NCBI GenBank assembly: GCA_030019435.1
Contig: JASEEV010000003.1
Span: 2,376 to 66,375 of the forward strand
Reading direction: 5' to 3'
Origin: Methanocellales archaeon
Lineage (GTDB): Archaea; Halobacteriota; UBA148
DNA: 64,000 nt
Shown: piece by piece, positions 18,383 to 28,544 of the stretch
How the letters are laid out: each line of letters starts with the position of its first letter
Numbering within the stretch: position 1 is the first letter of the stretch
Notes under the pieces: model-generated
Databases searched by the model: none
Seen by the model: only the letters and a program-made list of their open reading frames with translations
Told to the model about the DNA's origin: nothing
Program-made: the position numbers and the translations under genes

Positions 18383-19876
18383 TTATAAGAATTTAAAGAT
18401 TTCTGGTAGTTCACCCACCCTTTTTCTAAACTTGTCAGGCCAATTCTCAACGTCAAGCCCCTTCTGAGCGAAAAAGGCTGCGCCCCACCTTTCCAGTCCT
18501 ATTCCAGAGCAGCCAGACCAGAGTTCCTCTCCACTTTGTAGTTTCACGTTGAATCCGTCTGGATATTTGTTCCCATTCACGCTCAAGTTCTGGAATTCCA
18601 ACCAATCGTTCTTGTATGGCATGTATGCCTCGTAGTCGATCGTGCCAACCTCTTTGATCTCTGCTAGGCCTGTTAGACCCTCTTGTGCCATGAACCATGG
18701 CGTAACCCATGCCTTTCTCCATTGCATGTCCAGTAGCTCATCGAACACATGTTGGTATCGCTCCTGCAATCTCTCAGAGTGCTCAACCACTTGATCCGGC
18801 TTCCCGATCCACACGAGCTCGATTCTATTGAACTCATCCACCCTCTCGATGCCGTGAATCCCCCCACTCTCATATCTATGGGATGTTCCAGATCTATCGT
18901 AGATGAATATGGGAAAAATGTCATCTGGTAAAGTTTCACCCTGTAAAAACACCCAGAACGGGGGACATTGCGCATAACACATTCCCCCTATCGGACGATC
19001 GATCTTCTCTTTGATGAGGTCCAGGGGCACTTCTTGTGTGACCTTGTAATAGTCCATGACCTCTTCCCAATACTCTGGATCCCTCGTTTTGGGAGGGCAA
19101 ACATAATACATTTCTGGATAGATGGCCTTTGCATGACCAGATCTCTTCCAGACCTCCCAGGGCACCATCTTTGGAAACATCATTTCATGATAGCCTAGGG
19201 GGCGCAGAATTTCATCTTCTATGATCCCTCCAAAAGCCCTGAAAACCCTTGTGATCTGGGGTCCAAAGATCCATTGACCCCTGCCAGCGCCATGTTTGAT
19301 CCAGTTGCGTTTCATCAACTCTTTCGTCGGATCTTCCCTGAATTTGTGGATCTTCTTCTTGCTTTGCCATAGCAGTTCCCAGTGTTCCTTTTTACCATAT
19401 TTCCGTGATTCGATCTTTTCCATGATCAGATTGATAATTCGGTCGGGGACCCTGTTCTCTATTTGTTGCTCATCGACGTCCAAGGTAAGTAAAATCTTGC
19501 CCTCCTCATATCGCATGTCTTTGACAAATGGAATCTTCTTTTTGAGAGCCTCCTCGGATGGCAGTTGGATTGTGAACTCCTCTATCACAACGCCCCTGAT
19601 CCCGATATGATGTTCGCCCAATAAAGCTGCCAAGGATCTCCTCAAGCGAAGCAGTGCATCGTGTGCTCTCACATATCGATCCGATTTGATTTCTACCGTG
19701 ATGATGTTCTCATCGAGATTCCAGTTGACGACTTCGGCGCCTCCACCAGGAGGTGCACCCTTTCTCAAAATATCCTCATTCGCTTTGACCATCAGCTTAG
19801 CTACATCGTCTTTTGCCTTCGCAGCATCACTGCTAAGCTTAAACTGCCCAATCAGATGGAATTTCAGTTCATTCAT
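18383..19876 (-). CDS. serS: class II aminoacyl-tRNA synthetase, probably methanogen-type seryl-tRNA synthetase
   Basis: About 500 aa with class II motif-2/3-like segments ([24 protein letters not shown]). The length and idiosyncratic N-terminal domain resemble the atypical methanogen SerRS. The start may be the first or the seventh codon. Confidence 0.45.
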   Translation of the reverse strand: MNELKFHLIGQFKLSSDAAKAKDDVAKLMVKANEDILRKGAPPGGGAEVVNWNLDENIITVEIKSDRYVRAHDALLRLRRSLAALLGEHHIGIRGVVIEEFTIQLPSEEALKKKIPFVKDMRYEEGKILLTLDVDEQQIENRVPDRIINLIMEKIESRKYGKKEHWELLWQSKKKIHKFREDPTKELMKRNWIKHGAGRGQWIFGPQITRVFRAFGGIIEDEILRPLGYHEMMFPKMVPWEVWKRSGHAKAIYPEMYYVCPPKTRDPEYWEEVMDYYKVTQEVPLDLIKEKIDRPIGGMCYAQCPPFWVFLQGETLPDDIFPIFIYDRSGTSHRYESGGIHGIERVDEFNRIELVWIGKPDQVVEHSERLQERYQHVFDELLDMQWRKAWVTPWFMAQEGLTGLAEIKEVGTIDYEAYMPYKNDWLEFQNLSVNGNKYPDGFNVKLQSGEELWSGCSGIGLERWGAAFFAQKGLDVENWPDKFRKRVGELPEIFKFL

Positions 19877-20099
19877 GTACAATTTCCTCAGCAATCTTCA
19901 GATTCAATAGGTAATCGTCAACGGTTGCTATTAGCGTTCCGATTCCATCGATCTCAAACTCTGTGATGATCTCTCCATTTTTACAGGTGGTGCGCATGTT
20001 CTGGGTATTATCTGGTCTGATGGCCTCCATGATGATATGGGGTCTTTTATGAGGCGTCACGATCTTACCCCGGCATTTGCACTTATTCACCCTTACCAC
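19869..20099 (-). CDS. small hypothetical protein (76 aa), possibly nucleic-acid-binding
   Basis: It fits exactly between serS and the DHH gene with short overlaps on the same strand. It is basic and Cys-containing, and no family was recognised. Confidence 0.25.
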   Translation of the reverse strand: MVRVNKCKCRGKIVTPHKRPHIIMEAIRPDNTQNMRTTCKNGEIITEFEIDGIGTLIATVDDYLLNLKIAEEIVHE

Positions 20100-21372
20100 C
20101 CAACTGCTCTGTTATGATGGCATCTACGGCTTCGACGAATTTCGGCTCAGTTCCAACTGGAAGAGACGCACCAGATGCTATGTTATGTCCTCCTCCAACG
20201 CCACCAACCTTTTTTGCCGCTTCAGACATCGCAACCGATAGATCCAGTCCTTTCTGTACAAGTTTTCTTGTTCCCCGGGCGGAGATTTTTATCTTTCCTT
20301 TCTGCTCAGTCATCACAAGTATGGGTTTATCTGGCGCTACGTACTGAATGATCGTGCCTGCTAATGCTCCGATGACATCCTTATCAGAGGAATGAACGTA
20401 ACGAATGCTGGTTCCTTCTTTGATATCGATTTTTTTCATTTCTGATATGGTCCTTCTTTGGTAATCTAAACATAGTTGCTGTGCCTGATCCTTCGCTCCT
20501 GCATCCCTTAAACATAATGCTAAAGCAAGCCCAGTTTTTCCCAGCTTGCCAGATGCATTGGTCATCCTCACGAATAGGGATGCATCTGATATGACCTCGT
20601 AATTCAGCTTGTAGGATTCACCTACCAACGACTCGATGGCATCTACAGACGCTTTTTTCATGACTTTTAGCACCAACGCAGATGCCAAACGTCGCAACTC
20701 CTCTGGGGAGAGCTCGCTCAGTTTTCCACCGATGTCCAACTCGTCTAGAAATGTCTGGATTTTATTGGGATCGCCTGCAATATCCACATATGGATCGGTC
20801 GAATACATGAGCAGTTCTGCAAGGTCTCCATCACCGAGCTTTAGGCGATGAGCGATCGTAACGATATTATGCTGTAGAGCTTCATCCAGGATGTCTTTGT
20901 TCGCCCCAATCATTGGCTGGCGATCTCCGAGTGCCCCCACGATCGCTAGGCCGGCTAGATCGATGTTGTTGCCGAGGTGCTTAGCAATGGCATACGTAAC
21001 CCCGGAGGCAGAAAGCTCAAAAGAGCCATCGATTCCCACCAGATGAGGATTTACTTGTAGATGCTCTGTATCACTTTCAATCGGCATGTGGTGATCAATG
21101 ATGACCGCATCACGCGGAATCAGGCTTGGCTGCCCACTGCCCATATCACAAAATATCGCTGGCTCATCTAACGTTCTGACAAATGCCTCATCGAGGTGGC
21201 TTACGATGTTCACATGAAAGGGGATGCCCCTTCTATATAGGGCATTGCAGATGATGCCTGCAGAAGTTATCCCATCGGCATCGTTATGCGATATAACCCG
21301 CACATAATCATGCTTGGCAAGTATTTGTGCCGCTAGTTCTGTTGCCTCTGCTAATCGTTCGATCATTTTCAT
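20083..21372 (-). CDS. DHH-family phosphoesterase (RecJ-like / NrnA-like)
   Basis: DHH motifs: [18 protein letters not shown], and a C-terminal DHHA1-like GGGH. Confidence 0.65.
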   Translation of the reverse strand: MKMIERLAEATELAAQILAKHDYVRVISHNDADGITSAGIICNALYRRGIPFHVNIVSHLDEAFVRTLDEPAIFCDMGSGQPSLIPRDAVIIDHHMPIESDTEHLQVNPHLVGIDGSFELSASGVTYAIAKHLGNNIDLAGLAIVGALGDRQPMIGANKDILDEALQHNIVTIAHRLKLGDGDLAELLMYSTDPYVDIAGDPNKIQTFLDELDIGGKLSELSPEELRRLASALVLKVMKKASVDAIESLVGESYKLNYEVISDASLFVRMTNASGKLGKTGLALALCLRDAGAKDQAQQLCLDYQRRTISEMKKIDIKEGTSIRYVHSSDKDVIGALAGTIIQYVAPDKPILVMTEQKGKIKISARGTRKLVQKGLDLSVAMSEAAKKVGGVGGGHNIASGASLPVGTEPKFVEAVDAIITEQLGGKGE

Positions 21373-21791
21373 CTCGAGATCAACATTTCAGCCGTTCCTA
21401 GGTTATAAACCCAATCTTCTGGGAGCACCCCTTTATTTTTATAATAATTAACCAGTCGCCTGATTTTTGATTCTATGAGCTGAAGCGCCCTTTTATTATG
21501 CACATCCTTTGGATTTAGATCGAGATGTTTTTTTAATCCCAGCGCCCTTATGATCAAATTCTGTAGATCCTCTGGAACCTTTGGTCCAACCTTTTTTTCC
21601 CTTAAGATTTGGGTGATCTTCTTTCCTGTTGCAAGTTTTACGTCTGGAACTCCATATCTGTCCCGTAGCACCAACCCGATCTCAGCAGATGACATGCCTT
21701 GCTCTCTTAGCTCAAGAATCGTCTGTTTGATCTCCTTCGCGTTTAGTTCTGACCATTCTGGTGCCTTCCTTCTAGTGTGCTTTTTCGCCAT
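21369..21791 (-). CDS. rps15: 30S ribosomal protein S15 (uS15/S13e)
   Basis: [14 protein letters not shown]-terminus and a conserved C-terminal half. Confidence 0.85.
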   Translation of the reverse strand: MAKKHTRRKAPEWSELNAKEIKQTILELREQGMSSAEIGLVLRDRYGVPDVKLATGKKITQILREKKVGPKVPEDLQNLIIRALGLKKHLDLNPKDVHNKRALQLIESKIRRLVNYYKNKGVLPEDWVYNLGTAEMLISR

Positions 21792-21944
21792 GATGTCTCT
21801 CATGTTATAGTACTACTCATTAAATATCTTTTGTCTTCGACATGATTGATCTTGGTGACTTTAGGATCCATAAAACGCTTCTTCAAGCAAAAAGGATAAT
21901 AAGGAATGGGGATCGATTGAATACAAATTTGTAGAGGAGTTCAT

Positions 21945-22502
21945 ATGAGGCGAGCATTTGGGATAATTCTGACATTGATCCTACTTGGATCAATTGTGGT
22001 GAGCGGGTGTATCGGCCCATTACGTTCTGGAGCATACTTAAACGTGGAGGATGTCGACGTTCTGCAGAAGTCGGTGAGCGATGACACCATAACACTGGAA
22101 ATAACCCCCTTGATAACCAACAACGGTAATGCCGATGCCGAGGATGTAAAAATACAAGCGAAAGCCGTTGACCAACAAACTGGGCTGACGATGAACAGAA
22201 ATGAGGTAGAGATGGGTGTAATTAAAAAAGGCACTACGGATCAGGAGTCCATCACGTTGACGGTGCCGAATGACAAGGACTACACGATAGAGATATTTAT
22301 CTTTGAGGGAGACAGAGTCGTGGTCAGAGGACACGGACGCGTGAATTTAGCGCCAAAACTCGAGGAACTAAAACCATACGGAGAGCCTGAATTCGTGACA
22401 TACAGGGTGGAACCAAAACCAGCAGTGCCAGGCTTCATGGGCGTCTCCGCCATTATAGGATTGGTGGCAGTAGCATTGTACATTCTTCGAAGGGGGAGGT
22501 AG
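21945..22502 (+). CDS. secreted protein with PGF-CTERM archaeal sorting signal (putative archaeosortase substrate)
   Basis: N-terminal signal with a lipobox-like SGC. The C-terminus is PAVPGFMGVSAIIGLVAVALYILRRGR, which reads as a PGF tripeptide, a TM helix, then a basic tail. Confidence 0.55.
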   Translation: MRRAFGIILTLILLGSIVVSGCIGPLRSGAYLNVEDVDVLQKSVSDDTITLEITPLITNNGNADAEDVKIQAKAVDQQTGLTMNRNEVEMGVIKKGTTDQESITLTVPNDKDYTIEIFIFEGDRVVVRGHGRVNLAPKLEELKPYGEPEFVTYRVEPKPAVPGFMGVSAIIGLVAVALYILRRGR

Positions 22503-22534
22503 ACGAAACGCTTACTCTCTTTCCTCTTTTATAG

Positions 22535-22801
22535 GTGGTGATACGGATGGGTTGGAAGATGCTTGACAACATAAGCGCTGGACGAGCATATCTGTACGTT
22601 GTCTGCTTTATTGGAATGATATTAACCGTGATAGGTGCTATAGAAGTCCTCAACACGCTCATCCAAGTATATATCTATCCACCACCGATCTATGGGCAGT
22701 ATCTGCACTATGAGTACGGGTTCGTTAGAGGCTTGGCACAGATGATAGTTGGCATACCTCTATGGGCATATCACTGGCACAAACTTGGGAAACAAGAATG
22801 A
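22535..22801 (+). CDS. small membrane protein, hypothetical
   Basis: 88 aa with two hydrophobic helices. Confidence 0.3.
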   Translation: MVIRMGWKMLDNISAGRAYLYVVCFIGMILTVIGAIEVLNTLIQVYIYPPPIYGQYLHYEYGFVRGLAQMIVGIPLWAYHWHKLGKQE

Positions 22802-22817
22802 TGAAGTTTTATTGGTT

Positions 22818-23375
22818 CTACTCGTTGTTCTTCTGCAACCATTCTGCAAATCTCCTCAGTGCTATACATCTGTGCGATACTTCGTTCTTCTTTTCAGTGG
22901 ACATCTGGGCAAACGTCCTATCTCCATAGAGAAAGATCGGATCATAGCCAAAGCCACTCCTTCCCCGAGGCTCATGAGAGATCTCACCCTCTACAGCACC
23001 ACTAAACGTGATTGTCTCTTTACCAGGTGCACAATATCCAACCACAGATCTGAACTGCGCCTTGCGATCTTTCACATCTCTCATCAACTTCAGTATACCT
23101 TCGTTGCCAATGCGTTTGAACGTGAACGACGAATAGGGTCCGGGAAACCCATTTAGTGCGGAGATAAACAGCCCAGCATCTTCTACAATAACGGGCTTTT
23201 TCAAATGCATAGCAGCATGCTTTGCGCCATATTTTGCAATCTCCTCCAGATCGTCGGATTGGAGCTCAGGGTACTCATACGCGAGTTGCTGGGCATCGAT
23301 GCCCAACTTTTCAAGCAGCGCCTTTGCCTCTCTAACCTTTCCCATATTGTTGGTCACAAAGTAGATGGTCTTCAT
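22818..23375 (-). CDS. non-canonical purine NTP pyrophosphatase (Ham1/RdgB/ITPase)
   Basis: 185 aa with FVTNNMGKVREA and FGYDPIF motifs. Confidence 0.8.
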   Translation of the reverse strand: MKTIYFVTNNMGKVREAKALLEKLGIDAQQLAYEYPELQSDDLEEIAKYGAKHAAMHLKKPVIVEDAGLFISALNGFPGPYSSFTFKRIGNEGILKLMRDVKDRKAQFRSVVGYCAPGKETITFSGAVEGEISHEPRGRSGFGYDPIFLYGDRTFAQMSTEKKNEVSHRCIALRRFAEWLQKNNE

Positions 23376-23959
23376 AGCCGCTCCGCCCTATATCTCCCTC
23401 TCGATTCGATCTCCCTTACACGTTGAATGACCTCTCTCGCACGATCAAACGTCTTTGTATATCCCTTGATGAACGCATTGATCAGCGCCTCATGTTCATC
23501 GTGCGTGCTTTCAAATGTTTGGAATAGCACATGCACGTCCACACCTCGTGCCTCGGTGCTCTGATCAAAATATGCCAATCCAAAGTCGATTAGATGGATT
23601 CTTCCTCGCGAAAGGATCATGTTCGAAGTGGTCAGATCGCCATGAACGATGCCAGAGGTATGAAGTCTTCCTACAAGCTCGCCGATCCTCTTGCATAGCT
23701 CCACATCGAGCACATGTTTCAGCTGTGGTCCCTCTATATATTCCATCACTATATCATAATCGGTGACATCATAGATGATGGGCGTGGGCACGCCGCATCT
23801 GCGAGCCTCGGAAATCAGTTTAGCCTCGGACTTCGTACGTTCTCGTCGAAGCCGCTCATCCACTTCCTCCACGCGGTATCGCTTGGGTATTCGCTGTTTT
23901 ACTACGTACCCATCACGTGATTCGATGGTTGCCTCGGCGCCACTCGTCTTTAGATTCAT
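23372..23959 (-). CDS. bud32: KEOPS kinase Bud32 (Kae1-associated Ser/Thr kinase)
   Basis: A 195-aa mini-kinase with HGDLTTSNMIL and IDFG motifs. It overlaps the Ham1 start. Confidence 0.8.
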   Translation of the reverse strand: MNLKTSGAEATIESRDGYVVKQRIPKRYRVEEVDERLRRERTKSEAKLISEARRCGVPTPIIYDVTDYDIVMEYIEGPQLKHVLDVELCKRIGELVGRLHTSGIVHGDLTTSNMILSRGRIHLIDFGLAYFDQSTEARGVDVHVLFQTFESTHDEHEALINAFIKGYTKTFDRAREVIQRVREIESRGRYRAERL

Positions 23960-24005
23960 GTTGCTTCATTAAAGTATCGTTTGCGTATATATTTTCTGTT
24001 CGGGA

Positions 24006-24356
24006 TCATCGACCGCCATAGTATGTCTTGGTTCCGCAGTTCGGGCATACATTAAAACCACGCTCTAATGGTGATCCACATGTGTCACACCGCGCATTTG
24101 GATGTTTTATTTCGAGCTCCAGCCTGCAATACGGGCAATAGTTGAAAACGATTTTCCCGTCATGATGCCACCTTGGGAGTATCTTGCCCACCAACCACTT
24201 CTCGAATCTGTCTAGAATCGTTTTCTCATATGTACAATCGTGCAATCTCTTCAGCTCCTCTAGGATCTGTTCGTCTGGCACCTTGCCGATCTTCTCGACG
24301 ATCTTGCTGAAGCGCTTTAGTCGTTTGTGAGCGTTTGGCATTTGTGCTCCTCCCAT
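24006..24356 (-). CDS. zinc-ribbon protein, hypothetical
   Basis: C-terminal CPYC…CDTC…CPNC cysteine pairs. Confidence 0.4.
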   Translation of the reverse strand: MGGAQMPNAHKRLKRFSKIVEKIGKVPDEQILEELKRLHDCTYEKTILDRFEKWLVGKILPRWHHDGKIVFNYCPYCRLELEIKHPNARCDTCGSPLERGFNVCPNCGTKTYYGGR

Positions 24357-24357
24357 C

Positions 24358-24382
24358 TTAATGTGTAGCTGCTACACATTAA
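24358..24382. promoter_or_regulatory. 25-bp perfect palindrome (TTAATGTGTAGC-T-GCTACACATTAA) in a 63-bp divergent intergenic region
   Basis: I verified the exact reverse-complement symmetry by eye. It is a candidate operator for the RHH protein or a neighbour. Confidence 0.45.
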
Positions 24383-24419
24383 GTGCGCAACAATACTTAT
24401 GGTTTGTGGTACACACTAA

Positions 24420-24626
24420 ATGCGTATTAGTGAGGTATTCGTGGGAGAAACAGAGTTCATCAGAAAGAATGTGAGCATTCTAAAGCAGACGCAAGAAAAG
24501 ATAAATGACCTAAAGAAATGGGGTGTCGTAGCTAGCGATTCGGAGGCAATTAGGAGGGGAATCGACCTTTTGCATGATGCTCGGATTCAATCGATGAAAC
24601 GAGAAAAAGAGGCTCAAGAAGGATAA
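24420..24626 (+). CDS. ribbon-helix-helix (CopG-like) DNA-binding protein, putative
   Basis: A small basic protein with a beta-strand then two helices (KNVSILKQTQEKINDLKK…SEAIRRGIDLL). Immediately upstream of the RadC-like gene. Confidence 0.35.
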   Translation: MRISEVFVGETEFIRKNVSILKQTQEKINDLKKWGVVASDSEAIRRGIDLLHDARIQSMKREKEAQEG

Positions 24627-24660
24627 GCATTCCTCAAGTCGTTTTCGTTGGGGCAGAAAA

Positions 24661-25365
24661 GTGAACGGAGAACTCGAGTACAAAATTAAGATAAAAGAGT
24701 TGCCCATAGGTGAGCGACCAAGAGAAAGGCTGGCTAAGTTCGGTGCAGCATCGCTATCGATATCTGAGTTATTGGCAATTATCCTACGCACTGGTTCGCA
24801 TGGTGAGACCGCTCTAGATGTTGCAAATAAGTTGCTGAGCAAGTACAATGGCAACATCAAATCGCTATTTTGCGCAGATGTAAGCGAGTTGAGCAAGATC
24901 AAGGGCATAGGATTTGCAAAGGCGGTTCAGATCAAGGCCGTCTTCGAATTGGCAAAGAGAATTCAATCGTTTACCGATGAAAAGGTCGAAATATCCTCTC
25001 CTGCTGACGTTGCTAGTATATTGATGCCGAAGCTGAGAACCCTCGATAAAGAGCATTTGGTCATCTTATGTCTTGATCCTAGGAATAGGATACACAATGG
25101 ATCAGAGGTCACGATCTCAGTAGGATCCTTGGACGTAAACATCATCGATCCCAGAGAAATATTCAGGGTTGCGTTATCGAAGAATGCTGCTTCTATCATC
25201 CTCGTCCATAATCATCCTTCTGGAGACCCAAGTCCCAGCGATGGAGACATCGAGGTGATGAGGAGAGTTATGGAGGCTGGGAGACTCATTGGAATCAATG
25301 TCCAAGATCATATCATCATTGGCGATGGAACGTTCATCAGCTTTAGGGAGAAAGGACTACTGTAG
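24661..25365 (+). CDS. RadC-like JAB-domain protein (UPF0758)
   Basis: An N-terminal HhH region and a C-terminal JAB domain with HNHPSGDPSPSDGD. Confidence 0.75.
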   Translation: MNGELEYKIKIKELPIGERPRERLAKFGAASLSISELLAIILRTGSHGETALDVANKLLSKYNGNIKSLFCADVSELSKIKGIGFAKAVQIKAVFELAKRIQSFTDEKVEISSPADVASILMPKLRTLDKEHLVILCLDPRNRIHNGSEVTISVGSLDVNIIDPREIFRVALSKNAASIILVHNHPSGDPSPSDGDIEVMRRVMEAGRLIGINVQDHIIIGDGTFISFREKGLL

Positions 25366-25388
25366 GTCGAAATGAGGGCTGAAAGTCA

Positions 25389-25431
25389 CCCTAAGACTAA
25401 TACCCTAAGACTAATATAGGCTAAGACATTA
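25389..25431 (+). repeat. tandem 14-nt direct repeats CCCTAAGACTAATA x2 plus a degenerate third copy, upstream of gene 25433
   Basis: Read directly from the sequence at 25389-25416. A partial GGCTAAGACATTA copy follows. Confidence 0.45.
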
Positions 25432-25432
25432 T

Positions 25433-26032
25433 TTGCTTTTAGAGAGAAAAAAGATGGGAGCAGAAAACGTAGAAGAGCCCAGTCCCGGCGAGCTGATGGT
25501 TTTAAAAGCAATAAGAGCGAACGCTAACACAAAAGATAAAATCTACAAATATTTCGGCATAGGCGCCACCAGAGAACAAATCGACGACTTCATCGCAAGC
25601 GCCACCACCAGGAACTTCATCATAGAGTCTGATGAACGTTACGTGCTGACCACAAGCGGGCTAGAGACCATCCTGAGCTATGAATTGGAAAAACCAGAGA
25701 TGACAATGCATCCATTCGCAACCAAGGAAATCTTATTAGACAAGGGGGTAGGTGGAGCCATCATGGCACTCGGAATCTTCTTCATATATCAGGGATTTCA
25801 ACTGGCGATGGAAATATACAACAACCCTCCAAGCCTCTCTACACCCACTGTTGAATCTGGGGGTGCACTTGGAGGTGCGATTGAGGAGGTCGTCGGACAA
25901 ACCATAATGTCCACGATGGGTTCCATGTTTGAGCCCTTCATCGTCATGGGTGCGAAAGTCGGCGTAGCCTTCCTCATAATCTGGGTTGGAGGGATCTTAC
26001 TGGGAAGAGGAATCCAACTCTTCAGAAGATAA
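25433..26032 (+). CDS. membrane protein with N-terminal winged-helix-like domain, hypothetical
   Basis: The N-terminal ~90 aa is soluble and helical. The C-terminal ~100 aa is Gly-rich and hydrophobic. Confidence 0.35.
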   Translation: MLLERKKMGAENVEEPSPGELMVLKAIRANANTKDKIYKYFGIGATREQIDDFIASATTRNFIIESDERYVLTTSGLETILSYELEKPEMTMHPFATKEILLDKGVGGAIMALGIFFIYQGFQLAMEIYNNPPSLSTPTVESGGALGGAIEEVVGQTIMSTMGSMFEPFIVMGAKVGVAFLIIWVGGILLGRGIQLFRR

Positions 26033-26059
26033 AAATCCTCTCGAAAAGGAGGTTACAAA

Positions 26060-26278
26060 ATGAGCTGGTTTGCTGAGAAGTTCGAAAAATTTAGAAAACA
26101 AAGTATGCGTGTGATCATAACCACGATAACCGCCAAATTCATATTCGGCGTAGGCCTAGGAGCCCTCTTAGCAAGTTATCTTCAAGGATACAATTGGGTA
26201 CTATATGGTTGGTTATTGATCGTAGTATCGCTGATACTACACTTACCGGCAATATACACGGTACTAATCAAAAAATAG
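26060..26278 (+). CDS. small two-TM membrane protein, hypothetical
   Basis: 72 aa with two hydrophobic helices. Confidence 0.3.
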   Translation: MSWFAEKFEKFRKQSMRVIITTITAKFIFGVGLGALLASYLQGYNWVLYGWLLIVVSLILHLPAIYTVLIKK

Positions 26279-26284
26279 TGGTGC

Positions 26285-27268
26285 CTATATCCACGTCACA
26301 TCAACATCATCTGGTCGGTAGTTTGGAATTACTGCAGAATCCTTGATGGAAAGGGTTGCATCGCTCTCCAGCATGAGCAATCCCGTGCGTGCTATCATGA
26401 TGCCATTATCACACATAAACTTCTTTTCTGGCGCATAGAATTTGGCACCTCTATCTTTGCACATGAGGTCGAGCATCTCTTTCAGCCTTTCATTGGCTCC
26501 AACTCCTCCTGCTAGTAGCACCTCATCTTTTCCTATGTGCGCTAGCGCTCGCTCCGTTACCTCTACAAGCATCGCAAACGCCGTCTCCTGGAAGGAATGG
26601 CAGACATCCTCCAGAGATGCGTGCGCCAAAGCTTCTTTTGCTGCAGTCGTCAATCCGGAGAACGAGAAATCCATTCCTTTAACCACATAGGGCAAAGGAA
26701 TATATTTCTTCGCATTTTTAGCCATTTCTTCGATCTTCGGTCCCCCAGGGTGTTGAAACCCAGCATATCGACCAAACTTATCGAGTGCGTTGCCGATTCC
26801 GATATCCAATGTCTCGCCAAAGATCCTGTATTTGCCATCTCTATAGGAAAGCACTTGGGAATTGCCACCGCTCACGTACAATATAACTGGGTCCTTCGCA
26901 TTGCATATCCACCTACCGACCTCGATGTGCGCAATGCAGTGATTTACCCCTATCAGTGGAATTCCCAAAGCAAGAGAGAGAGCCCTGGCAGCAGTAGCAA
27001 CGGTTCTAAGACAAGGACCAAATCCCGGACCTTGCGAGAAGGCAACAGCAGAGAGATCAACGCCATGCTCTTTTCCTTCAGCCAAGACGTCCCGTATCAG
27101 ATCTCCAATTTCAGATGCATGATGTTGGGCTGCCATTCTGGGGTGCAGACCACCTTCTTTAGGAGTGTAGTGTGACTCCGCCTCAGCAATGACATCTGTT
27201 CGATCAATAATGGCAGCGCTTAGGTTCCAAGCCGTTCCTTCTATTCCTAGAACGAATTTATTCTTCAT
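26285..27268 (-). CDS. kae1: tRNA N6-adenosine threonylcarbamoyltransferase Kae1 (KEOPS catalytic subunit)
   Basis: 327 aa with [14 protein letters not shown] and ASKH-fold metal-site histidines ([12 protein letters not shown]). Confidence 0.85.
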   Translation of the reverse strand: MKNKFVLGIEGTAWNLSAAIIDRTDVIAEAESHYTPKEGGLHPRMAAQHHASEIGDLIRDVLAEGKEHGVDLSAVAFSQGPGFGPCLRTVATAARALSLALGIPLIGVNHCIAHIEVGRWICNAKDPVILYVSGGNSQVLSYRDGKYRIFGETLDIGIGNALDKFGRYAGFQHPGGPKIEEMAKNAKKYIPLPYVVKGMDFSFSGLTTAAKEALAHASLEDVCHSFQETAFAMLVEVTERALAHIGKDEVLLAGGVGANERLKEMLDLMCKDRGAKFYAPEKKFMCDNGIMIARTGLLMLESDATLSIKDSAVIPNYRPDDVDVTWI

Positions 27269-27429
27269 GAAACTTTAGGTTTTTTAGACTTGAAGTCTGT
27301 GTAGCCACATTTACCACACGCAAGGCGATCGCTATGCTCAGCTAGAAAGACGCCGTCACCACAGCGCGGGCAGATTTGCCTCATCCGCTTCAGTGTATTA
27401 TCGCTGATGTCATAGAATTTGCTGACCAT
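27265..27429 (-). CDS. rps27ae: 30S ribosomal protein S27ae (eS31) zinc-ribbon protein
   Basis: My own translation: [54 protein letters not shown] (54 aa, C4 ribbon). It is not in the ORF track because it is under 60 aa. Its stop overlaps the kae1 start (TCATGA). Confidence 0.7.
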   Translation of the reverse strand: MVSKFYDISDNTLKRMRQICPRCGDGVFLAEHSDRLACGKCGYTDFKSKKPKVS

Positions 27430-27431
27430 GA

Positions 27432-27797
27432 TCATCCCTCCTCGGACTTAGTCTCAGGTTTCGCCCTGACATCTTCTTTTGATGCTTTCTCTTTAGGTTT
27501 CTCTTCAACTTCAGTCTTAGGGGCGTTTCGTTGGATGATGTGCGCTCGTTCAATCTCCCTAGCACGTCTCTCAGACTTGTAGATTTTTGCATAGCCATAC
27601 GTCTCTCTTTTGCCGTACTCCGAGCGCATTCGCTCGATGATCACCAATTCCTTTTTCGCATTGAGCATTGCAGCCAATTTGTTTTTCACTTCTTCCCTAG
27701 ATGGAGTGGCGCCCTCATGGCTCACCTTGAACCTTATTTCCCATCTTTTCAGCAATGGATTTGTCCTCTTCTCTATGACTTTGATCTCCATGCTCAC
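27432..27797 (-). CDS. rps24e: 30S ribosomal protein S24e with Lys/Glu-rich C-terminal tail
   Basis: Core match [42 protein letters not shown]. Confidence 0.8.
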   Translation of the reverse strand: MSMEIKVIEKRTNPLLKRWEIRFKVSHEGATPSREEVKNKLAAMLNAKKELVIIERMRSEYGKRETYGYAKIYKSERRAREIERAHIIQRNAPKTEVEEKPKEKASKEDVRAKPETKSEEG

Positions 27798-28360
27798 CTC
27801 TCCTGGTTCATCATATCTTCGAGCAGAGAATACAATGAATCCCCCTTCATTTGTCGAAGTAAAGACATCGCCTCATCTTTCATCCCCTCATCAACCGTCA
27901 CCACTACTGCACCTTCGTCTGGTTGCCCATAGATGATGACCGAATGTAAAGGTGCTATGATGACTGCTGGCAACGTGGCTAAGTCTTCTTCGCCACGTAC
28001 AAATATTCTTGTCGGTCTGTTGTGCTTCATGGCTTCTTGCAACGCAAGTACAAGTTCTTTGGTGATCTGACCAGCGGGATTATCTATGGATGTTTGCACG
28101 AATTCGGGTCTCTTCGTGCCTCGGATCACTTCTTTAGGAGCCCTTTTTCTCATGATTTTTTCGTCAACAACGCATATGTCTGGAATCGTTCCAGATTTGA
28201 TCAGATAAAATGTCACGACGTCGCCGACAGAGATGATTTTGGCGAGATTACAAAGATCCTGCTTGATTCTCTCAACGGGCTCAAGTCCTTCTCCTCTGTA
28301 AAGGGTGCCAAACGGTTTTTTAAACTGCTCTCTCAGCTCTTGGGGTAAGCGTAGCGTCAA
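27794..28360 (-). CDS. DUF359/COG1909 protein (GTP-dependent dephospho-CoA kinase family)
   Basis: Its size and its position downstream of spt4 and upstream of rps24e match the conserved archaeal neighbourhood. Sequence-level assignment is weak. Confidence 0.4.
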   Translation of the reverse strand: MTLRLPQELREQFKKPFGTLYRGEGLEPVERIKQDLCNLAKIISVGDVVTFYLIKSGTIPDICVVDEKIMRKRAPKEVIRGTKRPEFVQTSIDNPAGQITKELVLALQEAMKHNRPTRIFVRGEEDLATLPAVIIAPLHSVIIYGQPDEGAVVVTVDEGMKDEAMSLLRQMKGDSLYSLLEDMMNQER

Positions 28361-28361
28361 G

Positions 28362-28544
28362 TCATCGCACCTTCAGCGCATATTTGCCAGCTCGATTGAC
28401 ATTCATCTTCTTTGCGGTCTCAGATCTTTCTGGATCGATGATGATGACGTAGCCTGCCCAATCGGTGCTCGTCGATGTGGAGCCACAGATGCATACCGAT
28501 CCCTCCACAACCCTGTGGCACTCTCGACACACCCTCTCACTCAT
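28362..28544 (-). CDS. spt4: transcription elongation factor Spt4 / RNA polymerase subunit E''
   Basis: 60 aa with CRECHRV…C.C zinc ribbon followed by DWAGYVIIIDPERSETAKK. Confidence 0.7.
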   Translation of the reverse strand: MSERVCRECHRVVEGSVCICGSTSTSTDWAGYVIIIDPERSETAKKMNVNRAGKYALKVR

